Origin: Candidatus Angelobacter sp.
GTDB lineage: Bacteria > Acidobacteriota > Terriglobia > Terriglobales > Acidobacteriaceae
Reading direction: 5' to 3'
DNA length: 64,000 nt
Assembly (NCBI GenBank): GCA_035703825.1
Contig: DASSXL010000219.1
Coordinates: forward strand, 10,189-74,188
Under the pieces are notes generated by a model that was given only the letters and a program-made list of their open reading frames with translations, ran no database searches and had not been told where the DNA came from. Shown here piece by piece: positions 47,050 to 56,029 of this stretch (its first letter is position 1; each line of letters begins with the position of its first letter). A program made the translations under genes and the position numbers.

Positions 47050-48102
47050 TCACACCAGAGTAGGTACGGTTTGTGAGAGCTCTTTGAGAGAGTCCGCATA
47101 AGGCGCTCGGGCAATGCCCCGCTCCGTGATAATCGCCGCGATGTACTTGCTTGGCGTAACGTCAAACGCGGGATTTTCCACCAGCACGCCATCCGGCGCG
47201 ACCTGTTTGCCGGCGTGGTGCGTGACCTCGCGGGGCGAGCGCTGCTCAATGGGAATGCCTTCGCCGTCGGGCATGTTCATGTCCACGGTGGACCAGGGCG
47301 CTGCGACGTAAAAGGGAATTCCATGCTCTTTGGCCAGTACGGCCACGCTGTACGTGCCAATCTTGTTGGCCACGTCGCCGTTTGCCGCGATGCGGTCCGC
47401 GCCCACGATCACAGCTTTGATCTTGCCTTGGCGCATCATCGCGCCGGCCATGTTGTCCGCGATGAGCGTGGTCTGGATGCCGTCTTTCATCAGCTCCCAT
47501 GCGGTGAGCCGCGAGCCTTGCAGGAAAGGGCGGGTTTCATCGGCAAAGACGTGCAGCTTTTTGCCTGAATCAATCGCCGCTCGAATGACGCCAAGCGCGG
47601 TGCCATAACCACAAGTTGCCAGCGCTCCGGCGTTGCAGTGTGTCAGGATTCCGCCGGAAGACGGCATTAGCGTAACGCCGTGGCGTCCCATGGCTTCATT
47701 GGCGGCAATATCTTCCACCAGCATCTTTTGCGCTTCTTCCACCAGCGTGACCTTGACCTGGTGGACACCTTGAAACGCCACGGCTTCAAACGTCTGCTGC
47801 ATGCGTCGAATCGCCCAGAAAAGGTTCACGGCTGTAGGGCGCGTTTCCCCCATCGTGCGGCAAATCTGGCCGAATTCATTGCGCAGGCCGGCCACGTCCG
47901 GCGCGGAGGACTGTTTTACGCCCAGGGCGATTCCCATGGCCGCCGCCACGCCGATGGCTGGAGCTCCACGGACGATCATGTTGCGGATCGCGGATGCCAC
48001 TTCCTGATAGGTGTTGCAGGTTACGTAAGCTTCTTCAGTGGGGAGCCGCGTTTGGTCAATGAAGCGTACTCCGTGGCTTGTCCATTCGAGTGTCTTGATC
48101 AT
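47050..48102 (-). CDS. mtnA: S-methyl-5-thioribose-1-phosphate isomerase
   Basis: [62 protein letters not shown]. Confidence 0.9.
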   Translation of the reverse strand: MIKTLEWTSHGVRFIDQTRLPTEEAYVTCNTYQEVASAIRNMIVRGAPAIGVAAAMGIALGVKQSSAPDVAGLRNEFGQICRTMGETRPTAVNLFWAIRRMQQTFEAVAFQGVHQVKVTLVEEAQKMLVEDIAANEAMGRHGVTLMPSSGGILTHCNAGALATCGYGTALGVIRAAIDSGKKLHVFADETRPFLQGSRLTAWELMKDGIQTTLIADNMAGAMMRQGKIKAVIVGADRIAANGDVANKIGTYSVAVLAKEHGIPFYVAAPWSTVDMNMPDGEGIPIEQRSPREVTHHAGKQVAPDGVLVENPAFDVTPSKYIAAIITERGIARAPYADSLKELSQTVPTLV

Positions 48103-48132
48103 CGCTATTTAGATTGTACTTGGGAGGAGATT

Positions 48133-48245
48133 CACCGCAAAGGTCGCAAAGAGTCACAAAGTCAGACTTGGGCTGGCGCCCAAACGGTGGGGTTGAAACA
48201 CTACCCATTCTTGCTTTCGTTGCGTCCTTCGCGACCTTGGCGGTG
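48133..48245. repeat. Inverted word-repeat element (arms caccgcaaaggtcgcaaag / complement)
   Basis: 48133-48151 and 48226-48245 are reverse complements apart from one indel/mismatch. The word family matches 1003-1022 and resembles the ccacaaagg words. Confidence 0.7.
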
Positions 48246-48281
48246 AAAAGCTTTGGCTGCCTGCTTACAGTTGACCGCCGA

Positions 48282-48560
48282 TCAGTTTGGCCGCCGCGGG
48301 ACCACTTGCTCATCGATAATCACAAACTGTGCCGGGCAGGTGTTTGATCCGCAGATTACCGGGACCACGCCGCGCATCTGCCTGCGGGTGATCAAGCCCA
48401 GAGTGCCGCATTCCGGACAAGAGAGCACCGCCCAGTAAGGATCTTCCTGGTCGCCCACCTCGCCCGCGTTTTCCAGGACAAAGATTGTGCCTGGCTCCAT
48501 TTGTTCCGGAAGCCACTCCGTCACGATGTTCAGCTCTGCCACCATGGTCACCTCCGCCAA
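48282..48560 (-). CDS. Hypothetical small zinc-ribbon protein
   Basis: 92 aa with CPECG...C....C spacing. Lies directly downstream of the MerR-family gene on the same strand. Confidence 0.45.
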   Translation of the reverse strand: MAEVTMVAELNIVTEWLPEQMEPGTIFVLENAGEVGDQEDPYWAVLSCPECGTLGLITRRQMRGVVPVICGSNTCPAQFVIIDEQVVPRRPN

Positions 48561-48609
48561 TTCATTTCTCCTTTTTTAGGACCTGGGTTCAAGCGCGAAC
48601 AACCGGCGC

Positions 48610-49077
48610 TTACGAACTGCGCCTTTTGCCCGCACCGCGCGCCGCCTGCTTCTGCGCCGGACGGCGGTTGAATATTTCAGCCCGGACTTCCTTCACAGCG
48701 TCACTCAGACAGACTCCCAGCAGAGGCTGGCGCGAATTCTTGAGAATGTCGATCACCTGGCGCTGCGAATTTTCCAGGTAGATGCGTTTTCCATCGGTCA
48801 AAAGGTGATACTCCGAGCCATTGCTCACCGCTTCCGCCAGCCGCCTGCCGAACTCCTTCTGCAAAAACTTCATGATGCGGCGGACGCGCTGCAGTGGAAA
48901 GCCCTTGCGGCGGAGAGCGCAAATCACCGCGATCTCCGTGAGGTCGTCAAACGTGTACAGCCTGATGCGGCCTTCCCGCTGCGGTTGCACAATGCCGCGC
49001 TCGTCCCACCATTGGAGCTGGCGCGGCGTAATGCCTGTAAGTCTCACAACTTGCGCCGATGTAAACCGCTGGTCCAT
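48610..49077 (-). CDS. MerR-family transcriptional regulator
   Basis: The HTH FTSAQVVRLTGITPRQLQWWDERGIV...R.YTFDDL is typical of MerR. Start at ATG 49077 (MDQRF...) or 49095. Confidence 0.8.
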   Translation of the reverse strand: MDQRFTSAQVVRLTGITPRQLQWWDERGIVQPQREGRIRLYTFDDLTEIAVICALRRKGFPLQRVRRIMKFLQKEFGRRLAEAVSNGSEYHLLTDGKRIYLENSQRQVIDILKNSRQPLLGVCLSDAVKEVRAEIFNRRPAQKQAARGAGKRRSS

Positions 49078-49125
49078 TACGTCTAGCTTGCCCATTCGCA
49101 AGAACGCGTACGAACAAGGCCCTAA

Positions 49126-49146
49126 GGAAATGTTTAAAACATTTCC
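49126..49146. promoter_or_regulatory. 21 bp palindrome upstream of the MerR-family gene (candidate operator)
   Basis: ggaaatgttt-a-aaacatttcc: perfect 10 bp arms, 31-50 nt upstream of the candidate starts. Confidence 0.45.
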
Positions 49147-49304
49147 CCATCTAAATGTTCGAACCATTTTAGGGGCAGTATCTAGAAAGTCAACAGGAAA
49201 GTCGCGAGGCAGAGCTGCTTAAGACAAGTAGAGAGCCGAGAGGAAGAGAAAGAACCGGTAAATATCCAAAGCATAATGGAACGAAGCGACGAGGATGAGC
49301 GCTT

Positions 49305-49523
49305 TTACGAACGACACGAAGGCGCGCCCCCGCCGACAAAGTGAACGACTTCCAGTTTGTCTCCGTCCTTGAGGGCGGTCGTTTCCCATTGAGTGCGGGG
49401 AACGATTTCAAGATTTAGCTCGACAGCCACGCGGTCCGGCTTCATGCCGAGTTGCGCGACCAGCGCAGCAACGGTCAGGCCGTCAGGAAAGCCGCGTTGT
49501 TCGCCATTGATGAGAAGAGTCAT
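49305..49523 (-). CDS. thiS: ThiS/MoaD-like sulfur-carrier (ubiquitin-fold) protein with a 6-residue extension after the Gly-Gly
   Basis: MTLLINGE...VAVELN.EIVPR..W....[14 protein letters not shown] followed by APSCRS and a stop. ATG 49523 is preferred over the listed TTG at 49529. Confidence 0.7.
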   Translation of the reverse strand: MTLLINGEQRGFPDGLTVAALVAQLGMKPDRVAVELNLEIVPRTQWETTALKDGDKLEVVHFVGGGAPSCRS

Positions 49524-49525
49524 GG

Positions 49526-49746
49526 GCAATTAGCAAATAGCAATTGGCAATTAGCTCTTTCTGAAATCCCGAAGCGCAGCGAGGGATCTCTACCTAGTAT
49601 CCAACCTGGTAGCACGGACGATCAACTTTCATGTGCGCTATCCCAGACCCAGTGCTTCTGACTTTGAAATCATCATCGCTGTTATAGGGATCTCTCTACG
49701 CTCGAGACTTTAGAAAACCAACTGCTAATTGCCAATTGCCAATTGC
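49526..49746. repeat. MITE-like element copy E (divergent) nested in inverted gcaattggcaattagc word arms
   Basis: Arms 49526-49555 (gcaattagcaaatagcaattggcaattagc) and 49724-49746 (gctaattgccaattgccaattgc). The core 49556-49720 has ends ctttctgaaatcccgaagcgcagcgagggatctc / gggatctctctacgctcgagactttagaaaa. It fills the whole intergenic gap. Confidence 0.75.
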
Positions 49747-49749
49747 TTT

Positions 49750-50733
49750 TCAATATCCTCTCTTTTTGTCCACCTGGTTCATGAGCGGCTCGCCTGCCAG
49801 AAAGCGTTTCATGTTGTCCGCGATGAGGCTGTAATGGCGCTCCCACAAGCGCTCTGTGACTGCTGCCGTGTGGGGAGTGATCAGGATGTTGTCGAGCGAC
49901 CAGAAAGGCGAGCTCGATGGCAAAGGCTCTTCATTGAAGACATCCAGCGCCACGCCGGCGATGCGACGCTTCTGCAGGGCGTCGAGCAAAGCCGGTTGAT
50001 CGATCAGCGGGCCGCGAGCCACGTTGATCAAGTAAGCATCGGGTTTCATTTTGCTGATGCGCGCGGCATCTATCAGTCCGGTGGTGGCCGGCGTGACCGG
50101 CGTGCAGAGCAGGACATAGTCAGCCTGCGGTAGAACTTCGTCGATCTGCTCGGGGCTGTAAACCTCGTCGGCGCCGGAAAGTCCCTTGCCGGGATTTTCT
50201 CGGATCGCCAGGACCTTCATGCCGAAGGCTTTTGCACGAGAGGCAAATTCGCGTCCAATGCTGCCCATGCCGATCACGGCTACGGTTGAGCCGGCAACCT
50301 CGCGAGGCTGCGGCTGCTCATGCCAGAGCTGGTCCTGCGACCATTGGTGTTTCGCCTGGTATTGCATGGCCTGAGGCAGCCGTTTGGCCAGCGCCAGCAG
50401 AACGGCCATGGCGTGTTCGGCCACGACGGGGCCATGGATTCCGGTGGAGTTGGTGACGACCACGTTGCTCCGGATCAACTCTGGGTACATAAGCTGGTGC
50501 ACGGCCGCCGCGGGGGAATGGATCCAGCGCAACTTCCTGGCGGCGACGAATTGCTCGGGACGCAACGACCAGCCGATGAAGACATCAGTGTCCCCAATTT
50601 CCTGCGGCACGCGGTCATAGTTCTGGAGCTGGGTGAATGTATGGCCGGGAAAATCCTGCTGGAGACGCTCGCGTATCCAGGAGGGAGCGTGCCAAAGTTC
50701 AAAGCTGTGATAGTGGACGATAAGAATTTTCAT
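49750..50733 (-). CDS. D-isomer-specific 2-hydroxyacid dehydrogenase (glyoxylate/hydroxypyruvate reductase-like)
   Basis: NAD-binding VAVIGMGSIGREFA, ...NVARGPLID..AL, DVF..EPL, ITPH. Confidence 0.85.
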   Translation of the reverse strand: MKILIVHYHSFELWHAPSWIRERLQQDFPGHTFTQLQNYDRVPQEIGDTDVFIGWSLRPEQFVAARKLRWIHSPAAAVHQLMYPELIRSNVVVTNSTGIHGPVVAEHAMAVLLALAKRLPQAMQYQAKHQWSQDQLWHEQPQPREVAGSTVAVIGMGSIGREFASRAKAFGMKVLAIRENPGKGLSGADEVYSPEQIDEVLPQADYVLLCTPVTPATTGLIDAARISKMKPDAYLINVARGPLIDQPALLDALQKRRIAGVALDVFNEEPLPSSSPFWSLDNILITPHTAAVTERLWERHYSLIADNMKRFLAGEPLMNQVDKKRGY

Positions 50734-50756
50734 GCGGCATTCAATATGTTTGGGTA

Positions 50757-50930
50757 TTTAGTGCTTGGCTTTTTTTTGAGATCCCAGCGCCGCGAGGGAA
50801 CCCTATGCCCGTAAACTTTCTATGGGCAGCAATAATCACCTTTAATTTATCGCGGCTATAGCGATCCCTCCCCTTCGCAAAGAACACTCAGGGTCGGGAT
50901 TTCAAAAAAAGCTGAATACCAAGCACTAAC
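50757..50930. repeat. MITE-like element copy D nested in short inverted arms (tttagtgcttgg / ccaagcactaa)
   Basis: Core 50770-50910: ttttttgagatcccagcgccgcgagggaaccctat ... gatccctccccttcgcaaagaacactcagggtcgggatttcaaaaaaa. The right arm overlaps the gpmI stop codon. Confidence 0.7.
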
Positions 50931-52527
50931 TACCAGCCATCATCCTTAAATCCTTCCCTGTCATTTCCTTCGGTTGATCGAAACCCAACATCCCTAACAC
51001 CGTGGGAGAGATGTCCTGCAAGGAGCCTTCAGAGCGCAGCGCCAGCTTCTTCGCGTCTTCACTCACCACGATGAACGGCACCGGGTTGGTGGTATGAGCG
51101 GTGTGCGGGCCGCCGGTAGCCGGGTCGATCATCTGCTCGGCATTGCCGTGATCGGCGGTAATCAGCATGGCTCCGCCTCGGGCGCGTACAGCTTTGTAAA
51201 TTTCACCCAGGCAGGCATCAACCGTCTCCACGGCCTGCACAGTGGGCGGAATCTTGCCGGAGTGGCCAACCATGTCCGCATTGGCGAAATTGACGATCAC
51301 CACGTCAAAGGCGGAATCGTTTACGGCCTTGATCACGGCATCGGCAATTCCCGCCGCCGACATTTCCGGTTTGAGGTCATAGGTGGCGACCTTCTGTGAC
51401 GGAACCAGAACGCGGTCTTCGCCGGGAAAAGGTTTCTCAATGCCACCGTTAAAGAAGTAGGTCACGTGGGCGTACTTTTCGGTTTCGGCCACGCGCAGGT
51501 TGCGCAGGTTGTGCTCAGCCATCACGTTGGCCAGAATGTTTTTGAGCGAATCAGGCTGGACGACAAAGGGCAGAGTGAACTGCTTGTCGTATTGCGTCAT
51601 GCAGATGTATTTCAGGTTTTTAGGGACGCGGCTGCGGGGAATGGCGGCATCGAGAGCCTCGGCGTCAGGCAGATCGCGGCCACCCTGAGCGGTGAGTCCG
51701 CTTTCGCGGGCCAGGCAGCGGGTGATCTGGCGTGCGCGGTCGGCCCGGAAATTGAAGTTGATGACCGAATCGTCATCACGAATCGTCGCAACCGCCTGGC
51801 CGCGATTGTCAATGCATGTGAAAGGAATGATGAACTCGTCGGTCACGTCGCGGTTGTAGGAATTTTTTACGCCCTGTACCGGGTCGATAAATTCTCCACC
51901 TTCAGCCTTGCCGGCCACCATCGCGTCAAAGGCCTTGAGTTCGCGGTCCCACTTCTTGTCGCGGTCCATGGCGTAGTAGCGTCCGCTTGCGCTGGCGATC
52001 TTGCCGCCAAGTTCGCGCATCTTCTGCTGCAATTGCTGAAGATAGACTGCGCCATTGGTGGGCAAGGTATCGCGCCCATCCATAAAGCAGTGAACATAGG
52101 TCCGGTCAACGCCGCTCTGTTTGGCCATGCGCAGCAACGCGTAAAGGTGGTTCTGGTGGGAATGCACGCCGCCATCAGAGAGCAGCCCGCAAAGATGAAG
52201 CTGGTGGCCGCCGCTGCGCGCGTTCTTCATGGCTTCCATCAACACAGGATTGCTGTAGAGATCGCCTTTTTCGATCATCAGGTCAATCTTGGTGATGTCC
52301 ATGTAAACGATGCGCCCGGCCCCGATGTTCAGGTGTCCGACTTCACTGTTTCCCATCTGCCCTTGCGGCAGGCCAACAAAACGCCCGCTGGTGTGGATCA
52401 GGGTGTTGGGATACTCGGCGAGCAGGCGATCATAGTTGGGCTTGCGGGCCAGGGAGATGGCGTTGGCCTTGGAGGGCGGCGCGTAACCCCAGCCATCGAG
52501 AATGATGAGGACAAGAGGACGGTTCAT
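50926..52527 (-). CDS. gpmI: 2,3-bisphosphoglycerate-independent phosphoglycerate mutase
   Basis: [36 protein letters not shown]. Start placed at ATG 52527 ([14 protein letters not shown]). The upstream 33 codons of the track ORF are word-repeat sequence. Confidence 0.9.
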   Translation of the reverse strand: MNRPLVLIILDGWGYAPPSKANAISLARKPNYDRLLAEYPNTLIHTSGRFVGLPQGQMGNSEVGHLNIGAGRIVYMDITKIDLMIEKGDLYSNPVLMEAMKNARSGGHQLHLCGLLSDGGVHSHQNHLYALLRMAKQSGVDRTYVHCFMDGRDTLPTNGAVYLQQLQQKMRELGGKIASASGRYYAMDRDKKWDRELKAFDAMVAGKAEGGEFIDPVQGVKNSYNRDVTDEFIIPFTCIDNRGQAVATIRDDDSVINFNFRADRARQITRCLARESGLTAQGGRDLPDAEALDAAIPRSRVPKNLKYICMTQYDKQFTLPFVVQPDSLKNILANVMAEHNLRNLRVAETEKYAHVTYFFNGGIEKPFPGEDRVLVPSQKVATYDLKPEMSAAGIADAVIKAVNDSAFDVVIVNFANADMVGHSGKIPPTVQAVETVDACLGEIYKAVRARGGAMLITADHGNAEQMIDPATGGPHTAHTTNPVPFIVVSEDAKKLALRSEGSLQDISPTVLGMLGFDQPKEMTGKDLRMMAGS

Positions 52528-52548
52528 AAATGAAGAAAGAATTCTAAA

Positions 52549-52745
52549 TGATCGGATGATCCGGTGATCGGGAGATCGGGAGATCGAAAATCTACCACGG
52601 AGGCACGGAGACACTGAGAAGAGCAAAATAAAACCTTTGAAACACAGAGGAACAGAGTAAGCGTAGGCAAAGAATTTTTGGCACTGACAAAGACTGGTGA
52701 CACTGATTCTGGATCGGGTTGACTGGTGATCCGATGATCGGAAGG
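52549..52745. repeat. Composite word-repeat block
   Basis: gatcggatgatccggtgatcgggagatcgggagatcg, ccacggaggcacggagacactgag, cacagaggaacagag, ggcactgacaaagactggtgacactgat, ggtgatccgatgatcgg. These are the same word families seen at other loci. Confidence 0.65.
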
Positions 52746-52813
52746 CAAGGGTGATAGCATAGGCCGCTGCAGATCTTGATGGTCGATTGTTACTGTGAGG
52801 TGGAGATCAACCT

Positions 52814-53998
52814 ATGAGGACAAAGATTCTGGTTGCATTGTTGGTGTTGCTGGCAGGGATGTCGCAAGCGGTGACGGCGCAGGACGCACAAAGCAAGAAT
52901 GTCTCTGAGAAGAACAATGCGCAGGGCAAGGATGCCGCTGAGAAAAATCCTCCGGCCCCGGACGCCAAGGACAAGGCGGAAAAGCCGGAGATCCATGAAT
53001 TTGTCATCGCCAACTTCAAGACCGAAAGCGGCGTCACGCTGCCGCAGGCGCGGGTGGTCTACGGAACCTATGGCCATTTGAACGCGGCTAAAGACAACGT
53101 AGTGCTGCTGCCATCGCACTACATGGCGGATTGCCATGGATATGAATGGCTGATCGGGCCGGACCGCGCGCTGGATACTTCAAAACTCTATCTGGTGGCG
53201 ACCGAGCTTTTCGGCAACGGGCATTCGTCTTCGCCCAGCAACACGCCGGAGCCCTTCCATGGTCCGCGCTTTCCGGTAACGACGATCCGCGACAACATGG
53301 AAGCAGTGCACCGGCTGCTGACAGAGGAGCTCAAGATCACGCACCTGCGCGCGATTGTCGGCTTCTCCATGGGGGCGCAGCAGGCATTTCAGTGGGCGGT
53401 GAGTTATCCGTCGTACGCGGACAAGATTGTGGCCACGGCGGGCACGGCCAAGACTTATCCGCATGGCGTGGTGAGGCTGGAAGGGCAGATTGCGGCCATC
53501 ACAGCCGACGCGGCTTTCCAAAATGGCGATTACACCGCGCAGCCCACCAAAGGCCTGGAAGCGTTTGCCACGGTGTGGACAGCGTGGCTGTTTTCCCAGG
53601 AGTGGTGGCGCAGGGAGTTGTGGAAGGCCTCGTCGCCGCCGGGGACGACGTTTGAACAGACACTGCATGAATTTCGCACGAACTTCATTCCCGGGGCCGA
53701 CGCCAACAACCTGATCCTGCAATGTCGCACATGGGAAAAGCACGACGTTGGCGCGACGCCGGGCTTCAATGGCGACCTGGCGAAGGCGCTGCGGTCAATC
53801 AAAGCGCCGCTTCTTTACATGCCGTCGGAGACCGACCTTTATTTCCCGGTCGGTGATGCGCGCTATGAAGCGGAATTCATGAGCACGGTAACGCTTACGC
53901 CGATCCCGTCACTATGGGGACATACGGCTGGCGCGGGACCGAACCCGGAGGACCTGAAGTTTCTGAACGACAAGATTGGAAGATTTCTGGGGAAGTAG
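52814..53998 (+). CDS. Secreted alpha/beta hydrolase of the homoserine O-acetyltransferase (MetX)-like family
   Basis: Signal peptide plus a low-complexity linker. Then GVTLPQARVVYGTYG, WLIGPDRALDTSKLYLVA and GFSMGAQQAF (GxSxG). Confidence 0.7.
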   Translation: MRTKILVALLVLLAGMSQAVTAQDAQSKNVSEKNNAQGKDAAEKNPPAPDAKDKAEKPEIHEFVIANFKTESGVTLPQARVVYGTYGHLNAAKDNVVLLPSHYMADCHGYEWLIGPDRALDTSKLYLVATELFGNGHSSSPSNTPEPFHGPRFPVTTIRDNMEAVHRLLTEELKITHLRAIVGFSMGAQQAFQWAVSYPSYADKIVATAGTAKTYPHGVVRLEGQIAAITADAAFQNGDYTAQPTKGLEAFATVWTAWLFSQEWWRRELWKASSPPGTTFEQTLHEFRTNFIPGADANNLILQCRTWEKHDVGATPGFNGDLAKALRSIKAPLLYMPSETDLYFPVGDARYEAEFMSTVTLTPIPSLWGHTAGAGPNPEDLKFLNDKIGRFLGK

Positions 53999-54179
53999 CG
54001 CGAATAGCTGGAACAAGGGGATTTTGAGCTCCGCTCCCGGCGCATTTCCAGTTTCCGGGGGACTAGACGACATTTTGCGGCTGAATTTGAACTCCCTCAT
54101 CCGATGTGCTATAGGTGGCTTATCGATTACCCAAAAGACGTGAAACCATCCACGAACGATGAAAGATACGGAGGTATCC

Positions 54180-55826
54180 ATGGGTAGAAAACCAGCAGTC
54201 TGGATTTTTAGCGTACTCATCGCGGTAATGCTGTTTTCATCCGCAGCACAACCACAGGCCAAAAAGGCAACCGGGGCCAAGACATCCGCCAAGAAGAAGG
54301 GAACTGCCCCAGCGCCCCAGGTGCGCATGAGCTGGCAGGATTTCATCAGCGGGCCTGACGGCGCCACACGACTGGCCCACCTGCAAGCTGCGATAACAAA
54401 GATGAAGTCGTTGGACAGCGCCCCCAAGACTTCCGCGGACTACCGGCGGAGCTGGGAATACTGGGCCAATATCCATGGCTATTATGGGACGCAGTCGCCT
54501 GACGGCACGGTGGCACAGCAAATTCAGTATCTGAAGAGCAACGGGATGCAGCAGTACGTCTCGTATTATCAGGGAATCAAGGACCAGACGCCGCCCGACG
54601 CCACAGCCAAGAAAGTATGGGCCACGTGCCAGCACTCAGGGCAGACTCAGGCGCTGAACTTTTTTGGCTGGCACCGGATGTACCTCTACTATTTTGAGCG
54701 CGTGGTGCGCTGGGCGGCCAATGACAACACGCTGCGACTGCCGTATTGGGACTACACCGATCCCTCGCAACTGGAATTGCCGACGAACTTCCAGAGCACT
54801 TCCGCGCCTCTCTACGACGCGAAGCGGAATCCGGATATCAATAACGGATCGGCCACGCTCGATTCCAGCTCCACTGACGTGAACACCCTTTTGCCTAACC
54901 CGTCGTACTTCGACTATGAATCGGCCATTGAAGAGGGCGTCCACGGCTACGTGCATTGCACCGTAGGGCCGACCTGCCCGGTGGCGCACATGGGCGACGT
55001 GCCGGTGGCCGGCAATGACCCGGTCTTTTACCATCACCACGCGAATATTGATCGGCTATGGGCATGCTGGCAACATCTACATCCAACACCGGCGGGAGCG
55101 TGGCAGAACCAGCAATTCAGCTTTGTGGATGAAACCGGCGCGTTAGTCACCAAGCCGGTAAAAGGTTTTATCAACACAACCGCCCTGGGCTACAAATATG
55201 AGAATGACAGCAATTGCGCGCGGCCGGGAAAAGCGCTGCTGGCGACGCGCGTGGTGGGGCCGGTGCCGGTAGGGCCCGGAACTCCCGTGGAAAACAAACA
55301 AGTGCTGGGCACAGCTAAGGGAGTGAGCGTAAAGGATGCCGTGACCAGCGTGGACATTGCGGTGCCCAAGCCGAAAATGCAGACGGCATTGGCTCACCTG
55401 GAAAATGCCCAGGATATGCAACTGGTGCTGCGTGACGTAACGGCGGACAGCCATCCGGGCGTGCTCTTTAACGTTTACCTGGCGCGGAAAGACGATCCCA
55501 GCAAACGCGAGCGCGTGGGCACCATCAACTGGTTTGGCGCGTTCAGGAGCCATGGTGGCCAGCGCATGAAACCGAAGAAGACGCTGCGCTATGACGTGAC
55601 TACGGAGGTGAAGGCCCTGGATGGAGGGTCTCTTTCCGACCAGGGGCTCACGGTTGTGATTGAGGCCACCACTGGCGTAGTTCCCAAGGAGTCCGCGAAG
55701 GCGATGGAGATGCCCAAGCAGGCGGCCCAGGCTTTTAGAAAAGAAGCCAATGTGAGGATTGGGTCGATAGAACTGCGAGCAGCCGGCGCGGCCCCGCCGA
55801 AGGCCCCAGCCAAGAAGAAGAAATAG
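54180..55826 (+). CDS. Secreted tyrosinase / polyphenol oxidase (type-3 copper protein) with a C-terminal extension
   Basis: CuA region NFFGWHRMYLYYFERV; CuB region GVHGYVHCTVG...DPVFYHHHANIDRLWACWQ. GGAGG lies 7 nt before ATG 54180, followed by a signal peptide. Confidence 0.8.
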   Translation: MGRKPAVWIFSVLIAVMLFSSAAQPQAKKATGAKTSAKKKGTAPAPQVRMSWQDFISGPDGATRLAHLQAAITKMKSLDSAPKTSADYRRSWEYWANIHGYYGTQSPDGTVAQQIQYLKSNGMQQYVSYYQGIKDQTPPDATAKKVWATCQHSGQTQALNFFGWHRMYLYYFERVVRWAANDNTLRLPYWDYTDPSQLELPTNFQSTSAPLYDAKRNPDINNGSATLDSSSTDVNTLLPNPSYFDYESAIEEGVHGYVHCTVGPTCPVAHMGDVPVAGNDPVFYHHHANIDRLWACWQHLHPTPAGAWQNQQFSFVDETGALVTKPVKGFINTTALGYKYENDSNCARPGKALLATRVVGPVPVGPGTPVENKQVLGTAKGVSVKDAVTSVDIAVPKPKMQTALAHLENAQDMQLVLRDVTADSHPGVLFNVYLARKDDPSKRERVGTINWFGAFRSHGGQRMKPKKTLRYDVTTEVKALDGGSLSDQGLTVVIEATTGVVPKESAKAMEMPKQAAQAFRKEANVRIGSIELRAAGAAPPKAPAKKKK

Positions 55827-55839
55827 AAACCAGGTCTGC

Positions 55840-55870
55840 GGGCCGCCACGAGATCCCTTGTTGGCGGCCC
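55840..55870 (+). terminator. Stem-loop after the tyrosinase gene (possible terminator)
   Basis: 9 bp stem gggccgcca / tggcggccc. The downstream T-tract is weak. Confidence 0.35.
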
Positions 55871-55954
55871 TGTTGAGCTTCTTCCTGATAAAGGCTGCCT
55901 CTCTGTCAGATTATCCGCAGATCAAACGCCTGTCCGCTTACGAGCGGCGCAATA

Positions 55955-56020
55955 AATGAACATGTTCAATTATTTCCTTGACAGCAAACGGCTTTCACCT
56001 GAAAATTGAACACGTTCAAT
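55955..56020 (+). promoter_or_regulatory. Candidate promoter with two related palindromic operator-like sites
   Basis: aTGAACATGTTCAat (55956-55970) and tTGAACACGTTCAat (56006-56020). TTGACA at 55978-55983, a 17 nt spacer, then GAAAAT at 56001-56006. The second palindrome overlaps the -10/+1 region. Confidence 0.45.
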
Positions 56021-56029
56021 AATCGATTA

